Source: Laetmonice hystrix
Lineage: Eukaryota
NCBI GenBank assembly: GCA_965235115.1
Contig: OZ249436.1
Location: 1,242,001 to 1,306,000, forward strand
Direction: 5' to 3'
DNA length: 64,000 nt
Shown here one piece after another: positions 39,232-52,862 of the stretch. The notes below the pieces were generated by a model. That model did not search any database. It had not been told where the DNA came from and saw nothing but the letters and a program-made list of their open reading frames with translations. A program made the position numbers and the translations under genes. Position 1 is the stretch's first letter. Each line of letters begins with the position of its first letter.

Positions 39232-39508
39232 TTGAAGGACTTCTGGTGCACGTTTAGTTTTAGTTTTTCTTCTGTTAGTTTTTTGTCATAGTTAAAGAAC
39301 CGTGAACATAATATACGAAGCTATACTTTGATGTACGATCATACCTCTCAGGCACTGTCCCTGAGAAATCGTGTGTGGAGGAAGAGAATGACTCATCATA
39401 GATTAGACGTGGTACATAATATCCCGAAGCGGTTCTATAAAATCATTTAATGGCTTTACTCGTGAGGGGAAGCTGTATGACATAGATTCATACAGCTGTA
39501 GAGTTTTT

Positions 39509-39860
39509 GTTCACCGCTGTGTCATTCCGCGATGTGAGATCCCTCCCGCTCATGCGTTCTGAGGTGTCATTCCGCGATGTGAGATCCCTCCCGCTCATGC
39601 GTTCTGATGTGTTATTCCGCGATGTGAGATTCCTCACGCTCATGATTTTGAGGTGGGTTCACCGCTGTGTCATTCCGCGATGTGAGATCCCTCACGTTCA
39701 TGCGTTCTGAGGTGTTATTCCGCGATGTGAGATCCCTCGCGTTCATGCGTTCTGAGGTGTTATTCCGCGATGTGAGATCCCTCACGTTCATGCGTTCTGA
39801 GGTGGGTTCACCGCTGTGTCATTCTGCGATGCGAGATCCCTCACGCTCATACTTTCTGAG
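39509..39860. repeat. 45-bp unit with longer variants, ~7 copies
   Basis: TGT(C/T)ATTCCGCGATGTGAGATCCCTCACGTTCATGCGTTCTGAGG repeated. Confidence 0.9.
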
Positions 39861-40955
39861 CTGTAACCCATCGTTTTTAGACGATCCCTTCCGGTGAGAC
39901 GATTCTTATGTCAACCAGGCAGTTGTGAAAGAAGATCCCAACGGAAAATATGGGCAGACCACAACTAATTGTATCGCACCACTGTAATCAAACTCTTCAA
40001 GATAGATTATTTTTTCAGGCAATTAGGCTTCCGTCCGCCTGTGACACGATTCATCTCCCCAGTTTTTTTTTAATAGAGGTTTACTGTTTTATATTTATTA
40101 GATTGCGTTTAGGTATTTATTAAACACATAAAAAGAGAAAGAAAAAGCTAAATCCTCACCGCTATTACGAGCAATTATTACCGAATACAAAATATATGCG
40201 ATTCTTCTTCTTCTTGGCATATTGCCTTGCGATGGGCCTAGTGGGCTAGCACTCCTACATCCTCCCCCGCTCGGGGTTGAGCCGCTGCAGTTGCAGTTGA
40301 TTCATCCCCCTCCCGCCTGCCCGTCTATTCTTAGAGACGCGTTCCTCGCAGCGCCACCTGTTGCTGCCGTCTGCGGCCGCGCCGTGAGATTACAGCACTG
40401 CCTGAGGCGCGATTCATAAAAATTAGCGTGCATTTCTGGTTAGCCAATAGGAACGTTCCCACGGTAAAGTTGTTGTTGTCGAAGCAATGGCGAAGCCAAC
40501 GATAGCAGCAACGGGTAGGCATTTAATCCCGACACTATAGTGACAGTGAGAGGAACAACTTTGAGTTGACAGGGCTGCAAGAACACACACTATAACTAAC
40601 TGTATTGTTAGGGAGCGACACATTTGTTTATCAGCGACCTGGGCAAGGCTATCAGGCATTTTTGCGAGAAGTAAGCCTTCGGTGTGGACCGCTTGTGCAG
40701 GTGGAGCGCCGATGACAGGTCCTATTAATGTCAACTTCCGTCCGGTTAGCATGGGCTGCGCTCAAGGGGAAGAATGCATGATGCGCGATGCCCCTTGACA
40801 ACTCAAGATGGCACTCCTAGTGAGAACTCTGGCAAAGTGGGCACAACAGGCTGATTTGGAAAATCTACGAGAAACAAAAATGCAAAATCCGTACTGAGGC
40901 GGCGGTTGTTCCCATCCCATCCGTCTCTGTAATAATATAGGGGGTGTTTCATACT

Positions 40956-41262
40956 TTACCAGTTAGTCATCACTGTCGGACGTTGACGACATTGGCGGGA
41001 CGACGTCGCTCGATCTGGAGTAACTTTTGTTTCATTACCAGTGTAGTTTGTCATCACTGTCGGACGTTGACGACATTGGCGGGACGACGTCGCTCGATCT
41101 GGAGTAACTTTTGTTTCATTACCAGTGTAGTTTGTCATCACTGTCGGACGCTGACGACATTGGCGGGACGACGTCGCTCAATCTGTATAGTAACTTTTGT
41201 TTCATTACCAGTGTAGTTTGTCATCACTGTCGAACGTTGACGACATCTGTAGTAAATTTCGT
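40956..41262. repeat. 84-bp unit, ~3.5 copies
   Basis: TCATCACTGTCG at 40967, 41051, 41135 and 41221. Confidence 0.92.
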
Positions 41263-41751
41263 TTCGTTGCCACAGGCATCACACAAATTATGCATATTTA
41301 CCCCGATAGTTCACAAAAGGCGTGGACAGTACGAAAGTAACAACAGTTGTATCTGTTGGGCATTAGAGATCTATATTTTGGGTTAAAAGGTAGTCTATGT
41401 TTTCACTTTACATTTAAAGTCATTAGATGTGGCCCAGTAGCAAAGAAAAGGGCAGATTAATTACTCATTCTGACTCAACGGAGAACGTCTTCTTTAGCAC
41501 GTACTTGTTATTGTGACAGCGCGACACTAGGAAAGGTTCCAGTTCAAGTATCGTGAAAACGTCGCTTGCCTGCAGTCAAGGTGGGAGACTATTGGATCAA
41601 ATTAGACGAATGGACGTGTTGTATAGCCGCTTCACTGCCGTTAAAAAAACACCATGCCCCTGGGATATTCTTCTTCTCGGGTATGGAACGCGTAAATTGA
41701 ATTGATAAATCTAGCCCGTCTGTGAGTAGAAATATCTCACATAGAGGGCTG

Positions 41752-42202
41752 CATGCAGGAAATTCTCTATGTCTGTGTTAGTAGTATATCAAAATGGTGG
41801 TTTGTGTGCAGGGAATTCTCCATGTCTATGTTAGTAGTATATCAAAATGGAGGTTTGTATGCAGGGAATTCTCTATGTCTATGTTAGTAGTATATCAAAA
41901 TAGAGGGCTGGATGCAGGGGATTCTCTATGTCTATGTTAGTAGTATATCAAAATGGAGGGTTGGATGCAGGGAATGCTCCATGTCTATGTTAGTAGTATA
42001 TCAAAATGGAGGGTTGGATGCAGGGAATGCTCCATGTCTATGTTAGTAGTAGGCCTATATCAAAATGGAGGGTTGGATGCAAGGAATGTTTCATGTCTAT
42101 GTTAGTAGTATATCAAAATGGAGGGTTGGATGCAGGGAATGCTCCATGTCTATGTTAGTAGTATATCAAAATGGAGGGTTGGATGCAGGGAATTCTCCAT
42201 GT
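41752..42202. repeat. 53-bp unit, ~8.5 copies
   Basis: GCAGGGAATTCTCTATGTCTATGTTAGTAGTATATCAAAATGGAGGGTTGGAT repeated. Confidence 0.93.
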
Positions 42203-43462
42203 TTGGTAAGTTTCACAACTGGGCGGTAGCTCGTCGTATCTTTAAGACAAATGTTTTATGAATGGGACCAGGGGTCCCATCATGCCATACAAGAGCATGA
42301 TGGGATGATAAGTATAATCTCATGGATAATTTCTCCCCAGGTATCATCTTCATATTTTATCATCACTACCATCATTAGTGCTAGGTCATTATTCCGTACA
42401 GACTTAAAGAAGGAGGTTTATCAGAAAGGGAATATCATTTCCATGCATTATTCTCCAACAGGGAATTCTGATGGAGCAGATAGTGCCGGCTCCTCAATTG
42501 GTCATTCCCCCATGAGTGTATTACTGCACAATCGTGGATAGGGTAGATATAATTTGTAGTCTGGGGGCGGCGGAGGTTAGGTTTGGTGTTAGGTTATATC
42601 ATATTTATTCTGGTAACACGTGTTCTGAGTAAAAGGTAGTCATATTCTTCCTATAGGTGAAAGAAGTATAAAATATCAGAAATAAAGGAAAACATTATGT
42701 TTGCTGCCGGCTTCTTGTAACCTTGTTCCAGAAATCGTAAAATAAAATTAAAAAAATTTAAATCCCTGATTCTGCCGACAATAATGCTGACAATATTGGA
42801 AGCTTCTAATTTCTAACAATCTTAACTGAGTCATAGCGACGGACCATAGTGAGCCCGTCGTGCGACGAGTAATCACACTGTGTGTGTTGACCTTTATGTA
42901 ACCAGAATAGAAAGGGAATCCTACTTTCGCGTAAAAACAACGAAATCAGAGCCAGCTACAAATCTCAGGGTCTTATCCCCGGATTTAAAATCAATTTAAA
43001 GGACAATATGGTGACTGTTATATTATAAAATAATTTAACACAATATATAGAATTTATTCGTATTGTATAAGGTACAATCGTGTGTAACAATACCCCTCAA
43101 ACTCAGATGGAAATGTAGAGAAACTATGAATGATATCCATATAACAACATATTTATAAGTCACGTATTATTTGCAGTTCGAGAGGGCCTTCTTTCAAGAA
43201 CCGGCATGTCGGCTGCCGATTTGAAGTTATTACCGGGTTAAAAAACAACTCTTGGATTGGCCCGCATAGTTCTAAAACTGATCTGATGGCATGAGCTGTG
43301 ACAGACATGTCACGTCCCTCGGCGGGTGAACATGCACAACGGCATAATGTCATGTCAGCTGAACATCTCCTTAAAAATAATTACTTTTTTTCTCATCAGT
43401 TCATTGTTTTGGTGCTGGTCCCCGCTTCTACTGTACACCTTTAATTTGCAGTGACGTCATTT

Positions 43463-43968
43463 ACTGTTCTGGACAAGGTCAATTAGTTGAAAGGTGTTGA
43501 TTTGTAATTTACTGATGTGCACAGTGTACTGTTCTGGACAAGGTCAATTATTTGAAACGTGTTTATTTGTAATTTACTGATGTGCACAGTGTACTGTTCT
43601 GGACAAGGTCAATTATTTGAAAGGTGTTGATTTGTAATTTACTGATGTGCACAGTGTACTGTTCTGGACAAGGTCAATTATTTGAAACGTGTTTATTTGT
43701 AATTTACTGATGTGCACAGTGTACTGTTCTGGACAAGGTCAATTATTTGAAAGGTGTTGATTTGTAATTTACTGATGTGCACAGTGTACTGTTCTGGACA
43801 AGGTCAATTATTTGAAACGTATTTATTTGTAATTTACTGACATCATTTACTGTTCTGGACAAGGTCAATTATTTGAAAGGTGTTGATTTGTAATTTACTG
43901 ATGTGCACAGTGTACTGTTCTGGACAAGGTCAATTATTTGAAACGTGTTGATTTGTAATTTACTGATG
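43463..43968. repeat. 65-bp unit x8, organised as 130-bp dimers
   Basis: Monomers alternate GAAAGGTGTTGA / GAAACGTGTTTA. Confidence 0.93.
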
Positions 43969-44059
43969 TAGTGTTTGATTATAATGTAAAGGAAGCCAAC
44001 ACGACGGGCAGACAGTTTAATTAATTCCCAATATTTGTAATGCGTGCGATATTTAATAC

Positions 44060-44661
44060 AAAGGTGTTGGGTGTGACAATCTCATCTGATCTCACAGGGA
44101 ATGTTCATGTTGACAATATTGTAACAAAAGCCAGTAATATTGTAACAAAAGCCAGTAATATTGTAACAAAAACCAGTAATATTGTAACAAAAGCCAGTAA
44201 TATTGTAACAAAAGCCAGTAATATTGTAACAAAAGCCAGTAATATTGTAACAAAAGCCAGTAATATTGTAACAAAAGCCAGTAAGCGTATTTACATTTTA
44301 TACCAGCTGAAACGAGCTGGCATCGACCCAATAGATTTACTTAGAATATACTTAAGCCTAATACGTCCTGTTGTTGAATATGCCTGCCCGGTGTGGGACA
44401 CACCCTTACCAACTTACGTATCCAATAATATAGAAATGGTTCAAAAACATTTTGATAGTCTTAACCTGTCGACCCTGTGGACAAGAAGAAAGGACTTGTG
44501 CAAGAAATATTTTAACACCTTCACACAAGTTAAATCATCTTTTACCTGATATCAGAAATGTTCCATATCCTTTACGAGCTGGGAATAAATACCCACTGGT
44601 CCATGTAAGAACTGAGAGATACAGGAAGTCTTTTATTCCATGGACTGCCGCTGGCTTTTAG
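44060..44661 (+). mobile_element. 5'-truncated non-LTR retrotransposon (CR1/L2/Rex-group LINE), ORF2 C-terminal remnant
   Basis: KVLGVTISSDL..NVHVDNIVTKASKRIYILYQLKRAG..LLRIYLSLIRPVVEYACPVW..IEMVQK, then after a frameshift SHKLNHLLP..YPLR..RTERYRKSFIP. These are typical post-RT motifs of CR1-group LINEs. Confidence 0.9.
44115..44282. repeat. 21-bp unit x8 inside the LINE ORF (NIVTKAS)
   Basis: AATATTGTAACAAAAGCCAGT x8, one variant copy. Confidence 0.97.
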
Positions 44662-47307
44662 AGAATTACTTGGATTCCCTCGAACCTTTGAATAGTTCTT
44701 ATATCATCTCACATTCGCAAATTATTGATTCAACGAATCGTTCAAAGACACCCTGTCTTGAAAGATTCTTCAATCATCTATTACCTTTACTTTTGTTGGG
44801 ATCAGATTCCAAATAAATATTATGAAAAATGTTACTCGTCGACAAAGAGCATTACTGGAACTGAAAATGAGAAACACTCGATATTAGTCTTGTTAAGAAA
44901 CTCCGTTGTTTTTGAATTGCAGCATATTTTATGAGCACCAAGAGGAAAACAACTGGAATATTTGCGATAGAATATCTCATATGTGAATAAATATTACACC
45001 TACGGGTTTGACGTTTGAATTGAAAAAGGACAACAGATCACTAGATCGTAGAAATCAAACTGCCGTTTCATTGAAATGGGTTTCGGTGGAAAGTGTCGTG
45101 AAAGCTTTGATTGTCTTTTTCCGTAACTTGCTATTAATATCTAAGCCCTGGTTTGATGGAGAGCCTGGCACATGTAATCCTATAGTATGCACCGATAATA
45201 TCCATTTGTAATTCTTCCCTGCGCCCGTACCGTCAAAATGCATCAACCACTAACAGCAATGTGCACCCTTCCCCTGCTAAAACATTCTTGTTAGTGTTAA
45301 ATCACCAAGGAATGATGAAACGCTTACAAACACGCATTGAAGGTTTTAATCCAATATAAAATACCAAATGTATGAAGACTGAAAATGTAAAAAGTTGGAT
45401 TATTGATGGCATCTATCGTGGGAGCCGAGTATGAAGAGGTGTACAAATAGAAGAACCCGGGCAAGCAAGTCTCACGTGGATTTAGGAATAACTATAATTA
45501 TATCACATTTTCCATCCCCTCCATATCTCATTATAAGTGCAGTCATGTGTGATTCTAATGCGACACAAATGAGGATTATGTACACTTGTGACATTTTGTT
45601 ACTACTAGATGTGCAATTCGCGTGAATAATGACATCATACAATATTTAGAATAAGAAAGTAATTTAGAATAAGCAGCAGTTTCTGAGACTGTAAAATGAG
45701 GAATTGACGGCATATCGACATCAGTCACCAGCGAATTCTAGTTACCGTACACAGAGCTATGTTCCTGTCGCCATGGTACAGTATAAATCGCTGACTCGGA
45801 AAATATCAATGTTTCAACTCCTATATCACCGCGTTTTATTGGCGACTAAAGTCCTTGAGAGTTTCGTTTTACATTAATCATTTAGACCTCGTGCTTAGAT
45901 AGCTAGAAATATCAGCCGTTCTCACCCCAAATGACGGGCACTGTCTGGTCGATATAATGGGCTGTGCGGATGTAATATGGTTAGGGGTATAGAATCAGAA
46001 CTCTATGGTTTTACAATCTGCCATGATGTATTACTTGTCATCAACCACCATTCGTGTTGTGGCAGTTTGTGATAGACTACGGGATGGTGGGATTGGGGTT
46101 TCATGCCTCAGTAACAGTCGAGGTGGGCTCAGGAGGAAAGGGAATACTTCCCTGGGATAGCTACTGTCCTAATACAGGGACTTCAGCTAGGTAGAACACT
46201 TCACCTTAGTTTGCCTCAGAGGCATTTGTCTTTAACCGGATTACAACAACCTTCCTTCCTGGAAACCCAAGCCCGTCCGATTTCATATCACCGGAGCCAT
46301 ATTATGACTTCCCTATCTGCTTCCTGGCAGCTAATCCAGATGTCCCCAGTCGGTCTGATTGCAAGTCGAGCAACTCACAGCAAGTTGAGAAACTCACAGC
46401 GACAGTTGTGAATGTTTGGTCGTCATCAGTCGGCCCCACGGCGAGACGCACGTCGGCTGGTGGAGATTTGACGTGACGTCACGGAGGACGTGGGTGGCCG
46501 GCCTGTCGATGTTCATGATGGGGATTTGTATGGAGAGAAGAACACTTGCCTTTGATGCTTAAGTTGATTAACAAGTGGATGATCGAGTGGACAAAATGTG
46601 TGCCATGAGTCAGAACAGAATAAGGAGCAGAAATCTCAATTTGTCCTTGGTGAATTTTTAGACATCAAAATGTTAAAAAAAATAAACCTGGCACCGATAT
46701 CGCGGACGCCTTGTGGTTTTAATAATTGTGCAAAACATGGTAGAATAAAAGAATATAATTCTTGAGGCCATACACGATGCAAAGTACCTTATTTTTGCGG
46801 AATTATTTGAGGTGACTTAACGGAGAGACTAATTAATTTGTTATTCTTCGGCATCATTTAACTTTGAAATGATGTTTTATTTGTAACAATATGTAATGTG
46901 GCATTCTGTCGAGGCACATTCTTGTAATATCCAGATTCATCACCAAGTCAGACATGAAACATATCAAGAATGTTTAGTTTTTGTTAGAGTTGTCAGAAGA
47001 AATCTACGTAGTGCTCCACCTACGTAACTCTGAAAGGTTTCCGTGCGAGCAAGCGGAAATATGGCGATGGCAAACGTAAAACCTCTCCCTATTCAATGCA
47101 TACATTTTGCACTGTTATAGCGTAAGAGAGAAGATGGAGTACATGAATGGATATTTCCAAATAAATCAGAAGTAGCGGCCTCTTGTTATTCTGAAGGGGA
47201 ATGTGTGATTAGTCCTTAAGTCAGGCGACATTTGAAGCATTGCGGTGACTTTTCTACATGCTGGCAGTACTAGCCTGAAACGTGGGGAAAAAAGACAGTA
47301 GGCAAAC

Positions 47308-47787
47308 TTTGATGGTGGTTTTGTTTGATGGTGGTTTTGTTTGATGGTGGTTTTGTTTGATGGTGGTTTTGTTTGATGGTGGTTTTGTTTGATGGTGGTT
47401 TTGTTTGATGACGGTTTTGTTTAATGGTGGTTTTGTTTGATGGTGGCTTTGTTTGATGGTGGTTTTGTTTGGTGGTGGTTTTGTTTGATGGCGGTTTTGT
47501 TTGATGGTGGTTTTGTTTGATGGTGGTTTTGTTTGATGGCGGTTTTGTTTGATGGCGGTTTTGTTTGATGGCGGTTTTGTTTGATGGCGGTTTTGTTTGA
47601 TGGCGGTTTTGTTTGATGGTGGTTTTGTTTAATGGTGGCTTTGTTTGATGGTGGTTTTGTTTGATGGTGGTTTTTGTTTGATGGCGGTTTTGTTTGGTGG
47701 CGGTTTTGTTTGATGGCGGTTTTGTTTGATGGCGGTTTTGTTTGATGGTAGTTTTGTTTGATGGCGGTTTTGTTTGATGGTGGTTTT
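47308..47787. repeat. 16-bp unit (GATGG(T/C)GGTTTTGTTT), ~30 copies
   Basis: Directly visible. Confidence 0.96.
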
Positions 47788-48177
47788 ATCAAGTCGTTGC
47801 ATGCAGGCAGATGTTGGGTTTATCGTAGCTGACTGCAAAAAGTCGCCAAGTGTCACAAATCAGAACCGTCAGAGCAATGCTACCCAATGTTTAATATGTA
47901 CCAATGATCATATTTCAATCGACGGAAAGTTGAACCACACTTTCTACTTGAACATTGCACCGGTCCATACGTTCCTGTCTGACACAGTTAACAGGCGCGG
48001 GGGAAACTGCGCCTTCCAAATGGAACTGTCGGTAGTACACAAACTACAAAAGCTGGAGCCTCCTTTAGGCACAGACTCGCGGGAAATTAAATTCCATGAC
48101 CGTGGTTTCAATTTCCTCGCTGGGCAGGCCTCACGTCGCCGTCCTCTGTATACAGGACGTTCTGTATGGAGGGAGTC

Positions 48178-50631
48178 GTAACCCACTGGGCGTGTGCTCC
48201 CGACCTATGTAATCATTGTGAACCATGCGATACGGGCCGTGCCGGGGCGGGGGTGGGGTTGTAACCCACTGGGTGTGTGCTCCCGACCTATGTAATCATT
48301 GTGAACCATACAATACGGGCAGTGCCGGGGCGGGGTTGTAACCCACTGGGCGTGTGCTCCCGACCTATGTAATTATGTGAACCATGCGATACGGGCCGTG
48401 CCGGGGCGGGGTTGTAACCCACTAGGCGTGTGCTCCCGACCTATGTAATCATGTGAACTATGCGATACGGGCCGTGCCGGGGTGGGGTTGTAACCCACTG
48501 GGTGTGTGCTCCCGACCTATGTAATCACGTGAACTATGCGATACGGGCCGTGCCGGGGCGGGGGCGGGGTTGTAACCCACTGGGCGTGTGCTCCCGACCT
48601 ATGTAATCACGTGAACTATGCGATACGGGCCGTGCCGGGGCGGGGGCGGGGTTGTAACCCACTGGGCGTGTGCTCCCGACCTATGTAATCATTGTGAACC
48701 ATGCGATACGGGCCGTGCCGGGGCGGGGGCGGGGTTGTAACCCACTGGGCGTGTGCTCCCGACCTATGTAATTATGTGAACTATGCGATACGGGCAGTGC
48801 CGGGGCGGGGTGGGGTTGTGACCCACTGGGCGTGTGCTCCCGACCTATGTAATCATTGTGAACCATGCGATACGGGCAGTGCCGGGGCGGGGGTGGGGTT
48901 GTAACCCACTGGGCGTGTGCTCCCGACCTATGTAATCATTGTGAACCATGCGATACGGGCCGTGCCGGGGTAGGGTTGTAACCCACTGGGCGTGTGCTCC
49001 CGACCTATGTAATCATTGTGAACCATGCGATACGGGCCGTACCGGGGCGGGGTTGTAACCCACTGGGTGTGTGCTCCCGACCTATGTAATCATTGTGAAC
49101 CATGCGATACGGGCCGTACCGGGGCGGGGTTGTAACCCACTGGGTGTGTGCTCCCGACCTATGTAATCATTGTGAACCATGCGATACAGGCAGTGCCGGG
49201 GCGGGGTGGGGTTGTAACCCACTGGGCGTGTGCTCCCGACCTATGTAATCATTGTGAACCATGCGATACAGGCAGTGCCGGGGCGGGGTGGGGTTGTAAC
49301 CCACTGGGCGTGTGCTCCCGACCTATGTAATCATTGTGAACCATGCGATACGGGCCGTGCCGGGGCGGGGGCGGGGTTGTAACCCACTGGGCGTGTGCTC
49401 CCGACCTATGTAATCATTGTGAACCATGCGATACGGGCCGTGCCGGGGCGGGGGCGGGGGCGGGGTTGTAACCCACTGGGCGTGTGCTCCCGACCTATGT
49501 AATCATTGTGAACCATGCGATACGGGCCGTGCAGGGGCCGGGGCGGGGTTGTAACCCACTGGGCGTGTGCTCCCGACCTATGTAATCATTGTGAACCATG
49601 CGATACGGGCCGTGCCGGGGCCGGGGTGGGGTTGTAACCCACTGGGCGTGTGCTCCCGACCTATGTAATCACGTGAACCATGCGATACGGGCCGTGCCGG
49701 GGCGGGGGCGGGGGCGGGGTTGTAACCCACTGGGCGTGTGCTCCCGACCTATGTAATCATTGTGAACCATGCGATACGGGCCGTGCCGGGGCCGGGGTGG
49801 GGTTGTAACCCACTGGGCGTGTGCTCCCGACCTATGTAATCATTGTGAACCATGCGATACGGGCCGTGCCGGGGCGGGGGTGGGGTCGTAACCCACTTGG
49901 CGTGTGCTCCCGACCTATGTAATCATTGTGAACCATGCTATACGGGCCGTGCAGGGGCCGGGGTGGGGTTGTAACCCACTGGGCGTGTGCTCCCGACCTA
50001 TGTAATCATTGTGAACCATGCGATACGGGCCGTGCAGGGGCCGGGGTGGGGTTGTAACCCACTGGGCGTGTGCTCCCGACCTATGTAATCATTGTGAACC
50101 ATGCGATACGGGCCGTGCCGGGGCGGGGGCGGGGGCGGGGTTGTAACCCACTGGGCGTGTGCTCCCGACCTATGTAATCACGTGAACCATGCGATACGGG
50201 CCGTGCCGGGGTGGGGGCGGGGGCGGGGTTGTAATCCACTGGGCGTGTGCTCCCGACCTATGTAATCATGTGAACCATACGATACGGGCCGTGCCGGGGC
50301 GGGGGTGGGGTTGTAACCCACTGGGCGTGTGCTCCCGACCTATGTAATCATTGTGAACCATGCGATACGGGCCGTGCCGGGGCGGGGGTGGGGTTGTAAC
50401 CCACTGGGCGTGTGCTCCCGACCTATGTAATCATTGTGAACCATGCGATACGGGCCGTGCCGGGGTAGGGTTGTAACCCACTGGGCGTGTGCTCCCGACC
50501 TATGTAATCATTGTGAACCATGCGATACGGGCCGTGCCGGGGTGGGGTTGTAACCCACTGGGCGTGTGCTCCCGACCTATGTAATCATTGTGAACCATGC
50601 GATACGGGCCGTGCCGGGGCGGGGTGGGGTT
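48178..50631. repeat. ~76-89-bp unit, ~30 copies, with a variable G-tract cassette
   Basis: GTAACCCACTGGGCGTGTGCTCCCGACCTATGTAATCATTGTGAACCATGCGATACGGGCCGTGCC followed by 2-4 G-runs and TT. Confidence 0.97.
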
Positions 50632-51142
50632 AAGTTGTTAACACTATCCCTCAGGGAGGATATATTATTTGTTAAAGTTTTATAATCCAGTGTTGCATGT
50701 TATAATCATCTTTAAGTGAAAAGAATTTTTCTTTTCCTTTCTTAGTCACCACTGACTACCCCAAAATGACACCCTGCCCATAATTTGATACATTTTAGTG
50801 TTCTGAGTTCCAGCGACGCTTTTGAAATAAAGAACTTGATATTGTCACTTAAATTCAGGCGTTTAAGTTACCTGGCTACCTGTCCTTGCTTGATTACCTT
50901 GCAGCCTTACCTTAGATTCCACAATCAAAGAGCATGTTTGTGTGAGCGAAATCCACCAATTCAATACTTTGTGACGAGTTCTCTTAACAGTTGGTCAGAT
51001 CTGACAAGGTGCGTTGTATAAGCGCTAAGATCGATTCTTTTATGAAGTGATCTGTCCTTAGTTAAGGAAAATAGAGGGCAAACTGTTGCAAAGGTTCTTA
51101 CGATAGCGATTTTTAGGTTAAAATCGCATAAGGAAGTCTTAA

Positions 51143-51660
51143 AGGGGCATGCTATGGAACACGTTTTGGGGGATTTCCGGCAATTATCCAACATGACCGT
51201 GTACTAGGGATCCAAGTAAATAATCCTACCACAGCATTTTGTCCTCCGACGTGTTTTCGCTGCGTATGCAGCACAAGTCGGCTCTATACGACCAAACCCA
51301 CAGATTTCTCCCGATAGCACATCTCCCGCCATAATTTGGTAGACAACCTCCTATCAACCCTTGTAATTGCATACTGCGTCATATCCTGCGTGTGCACTCT
51401 CTGCATGTGCTTAGTCACGTGCTTCGCTTAGCTGTAAACAGTTCAGCAGTTGCACTCGATCAGAATGCCACCCCAAAAATATATTACGAAATCGGCAGAG
51501 AAGCAGGCAAGGGAGCTTCATAAACTTCGATTTCTCACGCAAAATAGAATTGATAAGTCTGACTTTGTTTACCAAGCAATTTTAATGAAGGATATCTTTA
51601 TGAAAACACCAAAAGTTCTTTGAAATACCGATTTTTCACGTTTCCTCATAATATGCCCCT
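51143..51660. mobile_element. Kolobok-type non-autonomous DNA transposon (518 bp, TTAA TSD)
   Basis: TTAA|AGGGGCATGCTATG ... CATAATATGCCCCT|TTAA; 14-bp TIR with 2 mismatches. Purine-purine termini distinguish it from piggyBac. Confidence 0.8.
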
Positions 51661-52471
51661 TTAAATAACGACTACCAAAATCATAATAACTGTTCCATAA
51701 ATAAGGGAATTTCTTGATGTCAAAATGGGTGGGGGTGCTTCCCAAAACCTTTTGCACTCAGTTTGAGCTTTGGCTACAAATCAGAATTGTCAAATCTGTC
51801 AAAATGGAATAAAAGGCTGTAACGGGAAGACGGCGAAAAATAGTGCCATACTTACTAATAAACATGAATAGGAAGTTATATATGAGCTTTTATTTTATGC
51901 CATTATTTCTGATGTAGCGTGAGGTAGAAAGGTCATAATGACTGCAGACATATTTAGTTTTTGAGACTGCTGATTTCTATTGAAATTCAAGTGGGCAGAC
52001 AAACCTTTGCTACATCATAGTTGACAGTTTTGATTTCATTGTTTTTCCTATGACAATCGGACTGTTCGTTTACAAAATGACAAGAATCGTCATTATGAAC
52101 AAAAACATTTTATTTGTAGTAATTGGAAAATACAGTAAGAAAAGACGAACAAATTATAAATGTAATCAGGAAAGTATTGTGAGAGTACCGATGTTTCGGC
52201 GACTTGCCTAAATTCTCCCCTTTTGGGGGTATAGCTTTATTTCCGTCATCAAATACACTTTCACCAGTTCGCCATCTTTTTCTTCCCCCTTAATCCCCGT
52301 AATGCCTAACGGGATTAACTGGAAAAAACCTGTGCTTACTACACGTGACTCCCAGTGGGATTTTTGTTGGAAATAAACGTCCATGTTAACCGGAAACGAA
52401 GTTCAAGTTCAAAAAACATATAAATTATTTAAACGAACAGTTTCTTGGAAAACCGTTCAGAACAACCGATG

Positions 52472-52862
52472 TACCCCCCCCCCCCCCCCCCCCGTTGGCA
52501 ACCTATTGGCAACCTGTTCGCAACTCGGGGAAGTCCTACAGTTGACATCCCAGTCGCGAACACGACACGAACACTATTTTGGTGGATCACCTGTCATGAG
52601 GGGTTTGCAACTGGCTCTGCGACTCACCTGGCTTTGCAACCTGTTCGCAACCTCCCTTGGTGAAATCAAATATGTTTGATTTCGCCCACTGGCGACTGGA
52701 ACTTGGCAACTGTATTTTCCGGTGGATCAGCTTTCGCGACTGATTCGCAACTTGTCATCAAAGGTGCGAATCAGTTGCAAAGTTTTGTTTGTGACTGATT
52801 CGCAACTTTGATTCTTTAGGCTAGTCAGTTGCGAAGCAGACGCCACCGGTGGATCAGGGGCA
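52472..52862. mobile_element. Harbinger-like MITE with a decayed left end
   Basis: Right end GCCACCGGTGGATCAGGGGCA followed by TTA; internal GGTGGATCA copies and many GCAAC/TTCGCAAC/GTTGCGAA motifs. The left end is a poly-C run followed by CCGTTGGC. Confidence 0.55.

Noticed and set aside
42275..42305. 11-bp-arm hairpin TCCCATCATGC/GCATGATGGGA as a terminator or ncRNA
   Set aside because: Isolated, probably a MITE remnant; no definable element boundaries.
51725..51780. tRNA-like sequence on the minus strand
   Set aside because: Too degenerate for a cloverleaf or B box; at most a SINE relic.
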